Assembly (NCBI GenBank): GCA_963728915.1 | Contig: CAVSLV010000002.1 | Location: forward strand, 1 to 64,000 | Direction: 5' to 3' | Origin: an uncultured Gemmatimonadales bacterium | GTDB taxonomy: Bacteria > Gemmatimonadota > Gemmatimonadetes > Gemmatimonadales > GWC2-71-9 | DNA: 64,000 bases | In this document: piece by piece, positions 43,052 through 51,977 of the stretch | Layout of the letters: every line of letters starts with the position of its first letter | Position numbering within the stretch: the stretch's first letter is position 1 | The notes under the pieces: model-generated | What the model saw: the letters and a program-made list of their open reading frames with translations, nothing else | Databases searched by the model: none | Told to the model about the DNA's origin: nothing | Program-made: the position numbers and the translations under genes

Positions 43052-44161
43052 ATGTTTCGATTCCTGATTCTGTTCCTCTTCCCCCTGGCGCTTCAGGCTC
43101 AGGAGCGGGTCCGAGCCCGTGCCATGGGAGTTGCGCCGGGGATGTACCAGCCCGGCCCCCACAACGCGATCACCGATGTCCCCGGGGTTCGGGTCGGGCA
43201 CTCCACCCTGATCCGGGGCGACTCAATCCGGACCGGGGTGACCGCGATCCTGCCCCACGGCGGCAATCTCTTCCTCGACCGGGTCCCCGCCGCGGTGCAC
43301 GTCGGCAACGGCTTCGGCAAGCTGCTCGGCTCGACCCAGGTGAACGAGCTGGGGGAGCTCGAGTCGCCCATCCTGCTCACCTGCACCCTCTGCGTGTGGC
43401 GCGCCGCCGATGCGCTGGTCGGCTGGATGCTGGAGCAGCCCGGCATGGAGGAGGTACGGTCCATTAACCCGCTGGTCGGGGAGACCAACGACGGAACCCT
43501 GAACACGATCCGCTCCCGGCCCATCGGGCCGGAGCAGGTCCGCGCCGCGCTCGCCGCCGCCGACTCGGGAGACGTGGCCGAGGGCGCGGTGGGCGCCGGC
43601 GCCGGAACCATCGCGTACGGGTGGAAAGGCGGCATCGGGACCTCGTCCCGCCAGGCCGGGACCAGCGGGTTCACCGTCGGGGTGCTGGTCCAGGCCAATC
43701 ACGGAGGCGACCTCACCATCCTTGGCGTGCCGGTGGGCCGGGAGCTGGGCCGGAACGGCATAACCCGCGGGGTCTCCCGTTCCGGCGACGGCTCCATCAT
43801 CATGGTCATCGCGACCGACGCTCCGCTCTCCGACCGGAACCTCCGCCGCCTCGCCGCCCGCGCCATGATGGGACTGGGCCGCACCGGCTCGCCCGCCCAG
43901 AATGGCTCGGGCGACTACGTCATTGCCTTTTCCACCAGCCCGGAGGTTCGCCGCGCCCGCACCGTCCAGCGACTCTCCACCACCGAGCTGGGCAATGAAG
44001 AGATGAATCCCCTGTTCCAGGCGACCGTCGAAGCCACCGAAGAAGCGATCTACAACGCGCTCTTCATGGCGACCACCGTCACCAGCCGGGGAACCAGGGT
44101 GGAAGCCCTTCCGCTCGATGAGGTGCGAAGGATTCTGGCCCGCCGGGGCATTCTTCACTAG
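43052..44161 (+). CDS. Peptidase P1/S58 (DmpA-like aminopeptidase), exported
   Basis: NAITDVPGVRVGH, GETND, EGAVGAG, KGGIGTSSR, DGSII autocleavage site, NGSGD. Confidence 0.92.
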   Translation: MFRFLILFLFPLALQAQERVRARAMGVAPGMYQPGPHNAITDVPGVRVGHSTLIRGDSIRTGVTAILPHGGNLFLDRVPAAVHVGNGFGKLLGSTQVNELGELESPILLTCTLCVWRAADALVGWMLEQPGMEEVRSINPLVGETNDGTLNTIRSRPIGPEQVRAALAAADSGDVAEGAVGAGAGTIAYGWKGGIGTSSRQAGTSGFTVGVLVQANHGGDLTILGVPVGRELGRNGITRGVSRSGDGSIIMVIATDAPLSDRNLRRLAARAMMGLGRTGSPAQNGSGDYVIAFSTSPEVRRARTVQRLSTTELGNEEMNPLFQATVEATEEAIYNALFMATTVTSRGTRVEALPLDEVRRILARRGILH

Positions 44162-44169
44162 AGTTAGTC

Positions 44170-45678
44170 ATGCGGACTCGATGGCTTGTGGTGCTGCTTT
44201 TTGCGCTCGGATGTAGTGGAGAGCTGATCGACAATCTTCCCCCCGGGAACGAGCCTCCCACTTCCTTCACCCCCGGGCTGGCCATCCGATTCGGCGGTAC
44301 CGGCAATGACGTCGTGGGCGCGATGCGAACCGACATCGCAGGAAACATCGTGGTCGCCGGAACCTTCACCGGGGTAACCACCCTGGGCGCCGCAGGCGCG
44401 TCTCCCCTGACCAGCCTGGGCGGCACCGACGGATTCGTAGCCAAGTTCGATCCCGCCGGGGCGCTCCTCTGGGCCCGCCGCTTCGGCGGCACCCTCGATG
44501 AACGGGTGACCGATCTCGCGGTTGATGGCTCGGGAAACGTTTACGTCGGGGGCGGCTTCGAAGGCGCCGCCACCTTCGACCTCGCGGGATCGGGAAACGT
44601 CGTGAACGCCCTGGGAGGTGAAGACGGTTTCGTTGCCCGGTTCGGATCCGATGGCACCCTCTCGTGGGTCCGGCGTTTCGGCGGATTCGACCTCGACGAG
44701 GTGAGCGCCCTCACCACCGACGCAGCGGGTAACGTCTATGCGGCCGGGGCCTTCACCGGGCAGGCCAGCGCCGCTCCCGATGGTGGACCGATCCTCCAGA
44801 GCAATGGCGGGCGCGATGGCTTCGTCCTCTCTCTCACCACCTCTGGAACGGTGCGCTGGGCCATCCCACTCGGTGGTCCTCAGGATGACGCCGCCCTGGG
44901 CATCGCCGCGGCTACGACCGGAGAAATCGCGGTCGCGGGGACATTCCATTCAACCGCGGACCTGGCGCGGGGCGGCGGCACCCCGACCGTGGTGAGCTCG
45001 CTGGGCGCCGCGGACGTGTTCTTCGCGGTCTATTCCTCAACCGGGGCGTTGCTCGTGGCCCGGGAATTCGGCGGGACCGTGGACGAGAGCATTCCGCCCG
45101 GTGGGCTGGCCCTGGACGGCACCAATACCGCCGTGCTGGTGGGAGGATTCGGCGGCTCGGTGGATTTCGATCCCGGTGCCGGCGTGGCCGCGCATGCCAG
45201 CCTCGGCACGGTGGATCTCTTTGCGAGCCGCTTCGATCTGACGGGGAGCTTCCTCGGGGTCGTCACGGTCGGCGGCATCAACGCGACGGTCAACGCCGCG
45301 CGGGCCCTACCCGCTCCCGGCGGCGGGCTGGTGGTGACCGGCTCGTTTTCGGGAACGGTGGACTTCGACCCCGGCACCGGGGTCACCGCCCTGGCGAGTC
45401 TCGGGCTTCAGGGAGTGACCGACGCGTTCGTGGCGCGATACAGCGGGACGGGTGCCTTGAGCTGGGTGAGTCGCTTCGGTGAGGTGACCTCGATAGCGGG
45501 CCACGGGTCGAGCGGCACCGGCCTGAGCTTCACGGCCGGAGGCAATCCCCTCATCGCGGGTTACTTCACCGGCAGCACGGATTTCGATCCCGGCTCGGCT
45601 GCGTTTCGCCTCACCAGCCTGGGCGAATCGGACGGTTTCCTCGTCAAGCTGACGACGGGCGGTGCGCTGGCTCCCTGA
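44170..45678 (+). CDS. Beta-propeller repeat lipoprotein (SBBP-like repeats)
   Basis: Lipobox ALGC; repeats of D-x-x-G-N-V-Y-x-x-G-x-F, DFDPG, DGFVAK. Confidence 0.8.
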   Translation: MRTRWLVVLLFALGCSGELIDNLPPGNEPPTSFTPGLAIRFGGTGNDVVGAMRTDIAGNIVVAGTFTGVTTLGAAGASPLTSLGGTDGFVAKFDPAGALLWARRFGGTLDERVTDLAVDGSGNVYVGGGFEGAATFDLAGSGNVVNALGGEDGFVARFGSDGTLSWVRRFGGFDLDEVSALTTDAAGNVYAAGAFTGQASAAPDGGPILQSNGGRDGFVLSLTTSGTVRWAIPLGGPQDDAALGIAAATTGEIAVAGTFHSTADLARGGGTPTVVSSLGAADVFFAVYSSTGALLVAREFGGTVDESIPPGGLALDGTNTAVLVGGFGGSVDFDPGAGVAAHASLGTVDLFASRFDLTGSFLGVVTVGGINATVNAARALPAPGGGLVVTGSFSGTVDFDPGTGVTALASLGLQGVTDAFVARYSGTGALSWVSRFGEVTSIAGHGSSGTGLSFTAGGNPLIAGYFTGSTDFDPGSAAFRLTSLGESDGFLVKLTTGGALAP

Positions 45679-45684
45679 TCGGCC

Positions 45685-46461
45685 TCAGTGTTTGGTAGAG
45701 AAGCGATCCAGAAAATCCCGCTCGCCAGGAGTCAGACTGGCAATTCCCGACGAGCTGATCTTGTCGAGAACCCGGTCCAGCTCTTCCCGGTTGACCTCGT
45801 GCAGATGATCGCGCCGGATCGTCTTCCACCGTTCCATCGCGGTGCTGAGCGGCTCGAGCCGCGGGCCAGTCCCCTTGGCCTTCTTCCGGAACCGCGCCGA
45901 GGGTGACCGCCGCTCCATCACCTTGAGAAAGAGAAAGCCCCCCAGGAATCCGCCAAGGTGGGCGAAGTGCGCGATGTTGCCGCCCGCGCCCGGGGTAAAT
46001 CCGCTGAACAGGGAAATTCCGGTCATCAGCAACACCAGAAAGCGCGCCTCGATCGGGATGATGCCCCAGATGAGGATCCGATCCCTGGGCCAGAACCAGG
46101 CGTACCCTAGCATCACGCCGAAGACCGCTCCCGAGGCCCCGATGACCGCCGCGTTGGGCGCGAGCACCAGTGAGAGCAGCGCGCCCATGATCCCGCTGGA
46201 GAAGTACAGACCGAGAAATCCGCCGCCCCCCAGCCGCGACTCGAGCCGGGGACCGAAGAAATAGAGCGAGAGCATGTTGAAGAAGACGTGACCCAGGCTC
46301 CCGTGCAGGAACAGGTAGGTCACCAGGGTCCACGGGGCCCGCAACACCTCCGACGGCACCAGCACCAGCTGGTTGACCAGGGATGCCGGCAACACCGGCA
46401 TCAACAGAAAGATGATGACGTTGGCGAGAATCAGCCGGATCGACCAGCCCCAGAGCCGCAC
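45685..46461 (-). CDS. Rhomboid intramembrane serine protease with C-terminal soluble domain
   Basis: FLHGSLGHVFFNM, GASG, AHFAHLGG. Confidence 0.93.
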   Translation of the reverse strand: MRLWGWSIRLILANVIIFLLMPVLPASLVNQLVLVPSEVLRAPWTLVTYLFLHGSLGHVFFNMLSLYFFGPRLESRLGGGGFLGLYFSSGIMGALLSLVLAPNAAVIGASGAVFGVMLGYAWFWPRDRILIWGIIPIEARFLVLLMTGISLFSGFTPGAGGNIAHFAHLGGFLGGFLFLKVMERRSPSARFRKKAKGTGPRLEPLSTAMERWKTIRRDHLHEVNREELDRVLDKISSSGIASLTPGERDFLDRFSTKH

Positions 46462-47624
46462 TATGGCTTCCCGCTCTGCAGCTCGACCGTTCCCGTCGTC
46501 AGGACATCCCAGTAGGTCGCGTCAGGATTCGCGGTGACCTGGAGGAACGCGGTAAACGGCTGAAGCTGCTGCGCGCTGAGCTGGCCCGCGCCCACCTGCG
46601 GCAAGGCCCCGGGGACGCCCCGGGGCGACCACATGCCCCGGCCGAAATAGCTCCGGATCAGGACGCTCGACGTGGTCGAGGGCAGCCGCTTCACGTTCTC
46701 GGCGAACTGCGGAAACGTCCCGCCCCGGAAGAGGTACATCTCGACATTGCTGACATAGAACGCCGACACCGACAGGTTCATCTCCCGGAAGTACCCGGCA
46801 ATCGCCTTCATTGCGATCGGCCCGGAGATGTCGCCCACCGCGGGAATGATCCGGTCCCGCCGTTCCAGGTCCCGAACCGTGCGGAAGCGTTCCTCGCTGG
46901 TCAGATAGCTCGCCTTGTGCCCGTCCTGGTCGGTGGCCAGATAGAGCTCCCGTTCACTGGGATAGCCGGGACGGGAGGGCCGGCCCCGGCTGGTGAAGGT
47001 GATGTCGAGTCCCCGGTCGTAGAACTCGTCGTGGAAGCGCCGCAGAGTGGACCGGTCGGAATCGGCCAGGGCCACCCCCATCCGGGTGACCCGGTCCATC
47101 AGGTCGGTGTGGCTGCGCGCATAACCCGCGGTGTCGCGCGGGGTGATGTCCAGATAGGTGAGAATGTCCTCCAGCCCCGCGTCATTCCACCGGCTCAGGA
47201 CCTCGGGGGCGGGCCGCCCGTACAGCAGGCAGAGGAACTCCATCCGGTTCCGCGACACCTCGAACATCGCCTTGAGCAGGAGATGGAGCAGCATGTTGTC
47301 GCGCCGGATATCCACCAGGACCGCAACTTCCGGCTTGATCTCGGCGATATAGGAAAAGCTCTGTTCCGGGCCGACGCCGAGGTAGGCGCCGCCATGGACC
47401 CCGAGGCTGGCCAGCGCGGGCACGACGTGGAGGTAGGAGGTTTCATTGGACACCAGGTTGTCACTGTCGAAATAGCCGCCCGGCTCGGAGAGCCGCTCCA
47501 CCAGGCGGGAGAACGCGGTCGCCTGGGTGCCCGCAAGCCGGGTGGCCGTTGGCGGGAGCGGTGCGGTGAACAGGACCAGCGATTGAACCAGCAGAACCAG
47601 GGGACGCAACATCGGCTGCCTCAT
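46461..47624 (-). CDS. Exported hypothetical protein
   Basis: Long GC3-biased ORF with signal peptide; LSEPGGYFDSDNLVSNE, GVGPEQ, FYVSNVE; stop overlaps the rhomboid start. Confidence 0.75.
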   Translation of the reverse strand: MRQPMLRPLVLLVQSLVLFTAPLPPTATRLAGTQATAFSRLVERLSEPGGYFDSDNLVSNETSYLHVVPALASLGVHGGAYLGVGPEQSFSYIAEIKPEVAVLVDIRRDNMLLHLLLKAMFEVSRNRMEFLCLLYGRPAPEVLSRWNDAGLEDILTYLDITPRDTAGYARSHTDLMDRVTRMGVALADSDRSTLRRFHDEFYDRGLDITFTSRGRPSRPGYPSERELYLATDQDGHKASYLTSEERFRTVRDLERRDRIIPAVGDISGPIAMKAIAGYFREMNLSVSAFYVSNVEMYLFRGGTFPQFAENVKRLPSTTSSVLIRSYFGRGMWSPRGVPGALPQVGAGQLSAQQLQPFTAFLQVTANPDATYWDVLTTGTVELQSGKP

Positions 47625-47676
47625 CGAGTACGACGTCAGAAAAACGGCGGTTTTGGGGAATCTACAAGGTGACCGC

Positions 47677-48804
47677 CTAGAGGACCCGCACGATCCACTC
47701 CCCCACCAGGTAGCCGACTACCGCCACGCCGAGTCCCACCACGAACATGTCGAAGCCGCTTCGAATGACTCCCCGGCCGGTGAAGAAGCTCCGCGCCGCT
47801 CCGACCCCGAAGTGGGAGAACATCGCGACGCCGAAAGAAATCCAGATCGCCGCGGGAGACTGGCTCACCAGCAGCGGGGCCACCGGGATCAAGGCACCGA
47901 AGGCGGTGGCGACTCCGGTGACCCAGCCTTCCCGGAGCGGGGTACTGGTCGCCTCGCCGATCTTGAGCTCCTCGCGGACCTGCTCTTCCAGAGCCTTCTC
48001 CGGATCGGCCATCACCGCGGTGGCGAGCTCGCTCGCCTGGGCCAGCGGAATCCCCTTGGCCTGGTAAATCAGGGAGAGCTCCTCCCGCTCCAGCTCGGGC
48101 ATGAGGCGGATCTCCTCCCGCTCCATCGCGATTTCATGCTCGAAGACTTCCCGCTCGCTCTTGGCCGCCAGGTATCCCGAGGAGCCCATCGAGAGCGCAT
48201 CGGCCACCATCCCCGCGAGTCCTGCGACCACCACGGCATGGGTGGCCGATCCGCCTAACCCGGCCTGGGCTCCCACCATGCCGGCCACCAGGCCGAAGTT
48301 GGCGGTCAGCCCGTCGTTGAACCCATAGACCACGTTCCGGAGAAACCCGCCCGCTCCGGTCTTGTGCCACGGCTCCCCGTGTGGCTTCCCGCCCGAGACC
48401 AGCCCGGCCAGCCGCTCGGCGTGCTCCTTCGATTCCCGCGCCAGGGTGAGCGCGGTGGGCGCGGCGGCTCCCTCCGGAGCTTCCCGGTACATCTGGAGAT
48501 ACCCTTTGACCTCCCGGCCTTCTTCCTGGAGCAGGAACGGCAACAGGAACCGGGGACCCAGGCGCCGGCCCAGCCAGGCCATAACCCGCGCCCGCCTCGA
48601 TGGAATCGGCGCCGGGGTCGGGTGTCCCTGCTCTGCGAGCAGGCGCTGCCACTCCGCCACATGGCGGTCTTCCACTCCGGCGAGCTGCTGATAGATCACC
48701 GCCCGGGCCTGATCCGGCTCCGCCCGGGCCAGCTCCCGGTACAGGAACGCGGCATCGGACTCGTCCGCCAGGTGGTGGAGCCAGATGTGGAGGGAATCCG
48801 CCAT
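47677..48804 (-). CDS. VIT1/CCC1 family metal transporter with N-terminal ferritin/rubrerythrin-like domain
   Basis: ExxH pairs (EDRH, ESKEH); VYGFNDGL, ALSMGSSGYL. Confidence 0.9.
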   Translation of the reverse strand: MADSLHIWLHHLADESDAAFLYRELARAEPDQARAVIYQQLAGVEDRHVAEWQRLLAEQGHPTPAPIPSRRARVMAWLGRRLGPRFLLPFLLQEEGREVKGYLQMYREAPEGAAAPTALTLARESKEHAERLAGLVSGGKPHGEPWHKTGAGGFLRNVVYGFNDGLTANFGLVAGMVGAQAGLGGSATHAVVVAGLAGMVADALSMGSSGYLAAKSEREVFEHEIAMEREEIRLMPELEREELSLIYQAKGIPLAQASELATAVMADPEKALEEQVREELKIGEATSTPLREGWVTGVATAFGALIPVAPLLVSQSPAAIWISFGVAMFSHFGVGAARSFFTGRGVIRSGFDMFVVGLGVAVVGYLVGEWIVRVL

Positions 48805-48858
48805 GAATCTCCTAAGTCTCGCAGTCCCATAATACTACACCGTCGGGACCTGCTCCCA

Positions 48859-48946
48859 GGGAAATGGGGTCAGACTCCATTTCACCTTGGGAATCTCAGA
48901 GTGGTGGCTCGATCTTCCAGCGAAATGGAGTCTGACCCCATTTCCC
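48859..48946. repeat. 25-bp perfect inverted repeat (REP doublet, same family as 19540-19592)
   Basis: GGGAAATGGGGTCAGACTCCATTTC-N38-GAAATGGAGTCTGACCCCATTTCCC. Confidence 0.9.
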
Positions 48947-49019
48947 GCCTCGGCCCCAAGAATGCGACTTTTTCCGGCCGCGAGGCATCTTTCATCACGT
49001 GTCGACCAGGACTCTCCTC

Positions 49020-49556
49020 ATGGACGCTTTCCGGCTTGCCGACGCCGACCGAGTACTCCCCCGAGTCAAGGCGGGAGACCCGGCGGCCCAGGAAGCCGTC
49101 TACCGGGCGTTTGAGGCGCCGGTCTACAACCTCGCCCGTCGGATCTGCCGCACCGCGGAGGATGCCGAAGACGTGCTTCAGGAGACCTTCCTGGAAGTGT
49201 TCCGGAGCATCGGGAATTTTCGAGGGGAGGGCAGTCTCTGGGGCTGGGTCCGCACCATCGCGGCCAGCAAGGCGCTGATGCGGCTACGCCGGAACAAGTA
49301 CCGCGAGACCGATGAGCTCCAGGATGATGTGGTGCCCATCCGTCGGGAAGACACCGCGCTCCGGATGGATCTCGAAGCCGCGCTGGAGCGGCTCCATCCG
49401 GTCTCCCGCGCGGTGGTCTGGCTCCACGACGTGGAAGGCTACACCCACGAAGAGATCGCCCGACTGATGGACAAGACCGCGAGTTTTTCGAAGTCCCAGC
49501 TGGCCCGGGCGCACGCGCGGCTGCGCCGATGGCTGGGAGAGGAGGTATTGGCATGA
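49020..49556 (+). CDS. ECF RNA polymerase sigma factor
   Basis: DAEDVLQETF, WVRTIA, LHDVEGYTHEEIA, SKSQLARA. Alternative GTG start at 48999. Confidence 0.93.
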   Translation: MDAFRLADADRVLPRVKAGDPAAQEAVYRAFEAPVYNLARRICRTAEDAEDVLQETFLEVFRSIGNFRGEGSLWGWVRTIAASKALMRLRRNKYRETDELQDDVVPIRREDTALRMDLEAALERLHPVSRAVVWLHDVEGYTHEEIARLMDKTASFSKSQLARAHARLRRWLGEEVLA

Positions 49557-50164
49557 ATCACCTGACGATGGAACAGCTGCTCTCACTGCGCGAGCCCGGG
49601 CTCGAGCCCGGGGTGCAGGCATGGCGGGATCACGCGGAAGGCTGCGAGGCCTGCCGGGGCGAGCTGGACCGGCTGGACCAGCGGATCGCCCGGTTGCGCG
49701 CCTTGCCGGTGCTCCGGCCGGCCCGGAACCGTTTCTCGGAAGTCCAGGCCCAGACCGGACGCTGGCGGTTCCGCCGCCGACTCAAGCTGATCGGAGGGAG
49801 CTCGCTCGCTCTCGCGGCGACGGTGGCGATCGCGGTCGTACTGGTTCCCGCCGGACCGGGTACCGCTGCGGGATCGCTCGCCCAGCAGCGGGAGCTGGAC
49901 TCGATCATCGCCCGTTCCCAGCGGCTCGAGAGCTTCATCCAGACCCTGGATCTCGACAACCGGGTCACCAACGGCCGCACCGCGATGGTCGCCGCCGGCC
50001 TGGAAGACCGCGTCGCCACCATCGACCGGCAGCTCCAGGCGATCAACCTCATGAACGATCAGTCCAGCGCGGTGCGGGCTCTTCCGCTCTGGCGCGAACG
50101 CCTGGGCTTGCTGGATGCGCTGGTCGACGTGCATACCACCGGCGCCCGTTACGTGCAGTACTGA
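49553..50164 (+). CDS. Putative anti-sigma factor (ZAS-type HxxxCxxC, one TM)
   Basis: HAEGCEAC, TM helix, ATGA overlap with the sigma gene. Confidence 0.8.
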   Translation: MNHLTMEQLLSLREPGLEPGVQAWRDHAEGCEACRGELDRLDQRIARLRALPVLRPARNRFSEVQAQTGRWRFRRRLKLIGGSSLALAATVAIAVVLVPAGPGTAAGSLAQQRELDSIIARSQRLESFIQTLDLDNRVTNGRTAMVAAGLEDRVATIDRQLQAINLMNDQSSAVRALPLWRERLGLLDALVDVHTTGARYVQY

Positions 50165-50184
50165 CTGCAAAGGAGTCGAGTCTC

Positions 50185-51033
50185 ATGATTGCAACCCGTC
50201 ATACCCTTTTCGCCCTGGTCGCGGTAGCGGCCACGACGCCCATCGTCGGGCACGCCCAGCGCGGCGCGGACAGTGTCCGCCGCCGGGTGACCGTGTTCCG
50301 GGGCGATTCCCTCCCCTGGAAGTCCCTGTTCACCGAACGCCGGGCCCGGCTCGGCGTCACCGTGGACCTCCAGTCGTCCGATTCGACCGGGGCCCTGATC
50401 GAAGCGGTGACCCCGGGCGGCCCCGCGGCCAAAGCCGGGATCAAGAGCGGCGACATCATAACCCGCATCGACGGGAAATCGCTGGCCGGCGCCGATGCCG
50501 GCGGGCGGCTGGTCGAGATTTCCTCCCAGCTCAAGCCGGACCAGACGGTCAGTCTGGAGTATCTCCGCGACAAGGCCCGCCGGACCGCTTCGCTCACCAC
50601 CGGCGACGAGCCGATCATGGTGTTCGAGGGTCCCTCCGGACAGATGCGGTTCCAGGCCCCCGACGTGGAAATGCAGCGGTTTCCCGGCGGGTTCGCCTTC
50701 GGGACCGGCCCCGGCAACTTCATGTTCGAGATGGGTCACGGCCTGATGGATCTGCAGCTGGCTCCCCTGAACCCCGAGCTGGGATCCTACTTTGGCACCA
50801 GTGACGGCGTGCTGGTGATCGATGTGCCCCGCGAGTCCACCCTGGGGCTCAAACCGGGAGACGTGGTCCAGGCCATCGATGGCCGGAAAGTGAGCGCGGT
50901 CTCCAGCTTCTTCCGGATCCTCCGGAGCTACGATCCCGGCGACAGCTTCAAGCTCGACATCATGCGCAACAAGAGCCGCATGACGGTGAACGGGAAGCTG
51001 GACAACCCCCGCGACCGGGACCGCGATCGATAA
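50185..51033 (+). CDS. Exported protein with two PDZ domains
   Basis: AGGAG SD, signal peptide, RLGV..GPAAKAGIKSGDII, GLKPGDVV. Confidence 0.88.
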   Translation: MIATRHTLFALVAVAATTPIVGHAQRGADSVRRRVTVFRGDSLPWKSLFTERRARLGVTVDLQSSDSTGALIEAVTPGGPAAKAGIKSGDIITRIDGKSLAGADAGGRLVEISSQLKPDQTVSLEYLRDKARRTASLTTGDEPIMVFEGPSGQMRFQAPDVEMQRFPGGFAFGTGPGNFMFEMGHGLMDLQLAPLNPELGSYFGTSDGVLVIDVPRESTLGLKPGDVVQAIDGRKVSAVSSFFRILRSYDPGDSFKLDIMRNKSRMTVNGKLDNPRDRDRDR

Positions 51034-51053
51034 CCCGGCACATCGCAACCAAG

Positions 51054-51090
51054 GCGAGGGTGGGCCAGAACGGCCACCCTCGCTTTTTTT
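51054..51090 (+). terminator. Intrinsic terminator
   Basis: GCGAGGGTGG...CCACCCTCGC stem followed by T7. Confidence 0.85.
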
Positions 51091-51096
51091 GTATCC

Positions 51097-51933
51097 GTGA
51101 TCGTCCATCTCATCGACGGGACCTACGAGCTGTTCCGCCAGTTCTACGGCCGGCGTCGCGGCAACGAGGGCCGGGACCAGCCCTTTGGCGCCGTCCAGGG
51201 CGTGCTCCACTCGATCCTGCACCAGATCGAGCAGGGTGCGACCCATCTTGGCGTCGCCACCGACCACGTCATCGAATCCTTCCGCAACGACCTCTGGCCG
51301 GGATACAAGACCGGGGAAGGCATCGAGCCCGCCCTCTGGCGCCAGTTCCCCGAGCTGGAAACCGCGCTCGCCGGGATGGGAATCGTGGTCTGGCCCATGA
51401 TCGAGCTCGAAGCCGATGACGCCCTCGCCTCCGCGGCGCGGCTCGCCCAGGTGGACCCACGGGTCGACCAGGTATGCATCTGGGCCAACGACAAGGACCT
51501 GGGCCAGTGCGTCCGGGGCACCCGGGTGGTCCAGATGATCCGGCGCAACAACGAAATCAGGGATGAAAGCGGGGTGGAGAAGAAATTCGGCGTCGGACCC
51601 CCGTTGATCCCCGATTACCTGGCCCTGGTCGGTGACGCCCAGGATGGATACCCCGGCATCCCCGGGATCGGCCCCGCGACCGCGGCGCGGCTTCTCAACC
51701 GCCACGGGCCGATCGAGCAGTTCCCGTCCGACGTGTTAGGAGAAAGGCTCGAGTCCGCCCTCCTCTTCAAACGGCTCGCCACCTTGCGCACCGATGCCGC
51801 CCTCTTTGCCGACGTCGATCAGCTCGCCTGGGGCGGTCCTGCACCGTCGTTCCCCGCCCTCGCCGAACACATGGGAGATCCCCGACTGGCAATACGTTCC
51901 GCCGCCGCGGCAGCCGGCCGCGTCGCGTCCTGA
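51097..51933 (+). CDS. Stand-alone 5'-3' exonuclease / flap endonuclease
   Basis: LIDG, YKTG, EADDALAS, DKDL, ALVGDAQDGYPGIPGIG (H3TH). Confidence 0.92.
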   Translation: MIVHLIDGTYELFRQFYGRRRGNEGRDQPFGAVQGVLHSILHQIEQGATHLGVATDHVIESFRNDLWPGYKTGEGIEPALWRQFPELETALAGMGIVVWPMIELEADDALASAARLAQVDPRVDQVCIWANDKDLGQCVRGTRVVQMIRRNNEIRDESGVEKKFGVGPPLIPDYLALVGDAQDGYPGIPGIGPATAARLLNRHGPIEQFPSDVLGERLESALLFKRLATLRTDAALFADVDQLAWGGPAPSFPALAEHMGDPRLAIRSAAAAAGRVAS

Positions 51934-51977
51934 ACCACATCGCGCGGACCGGCGGCGGGGGTTATAGTAGTGTTGCC

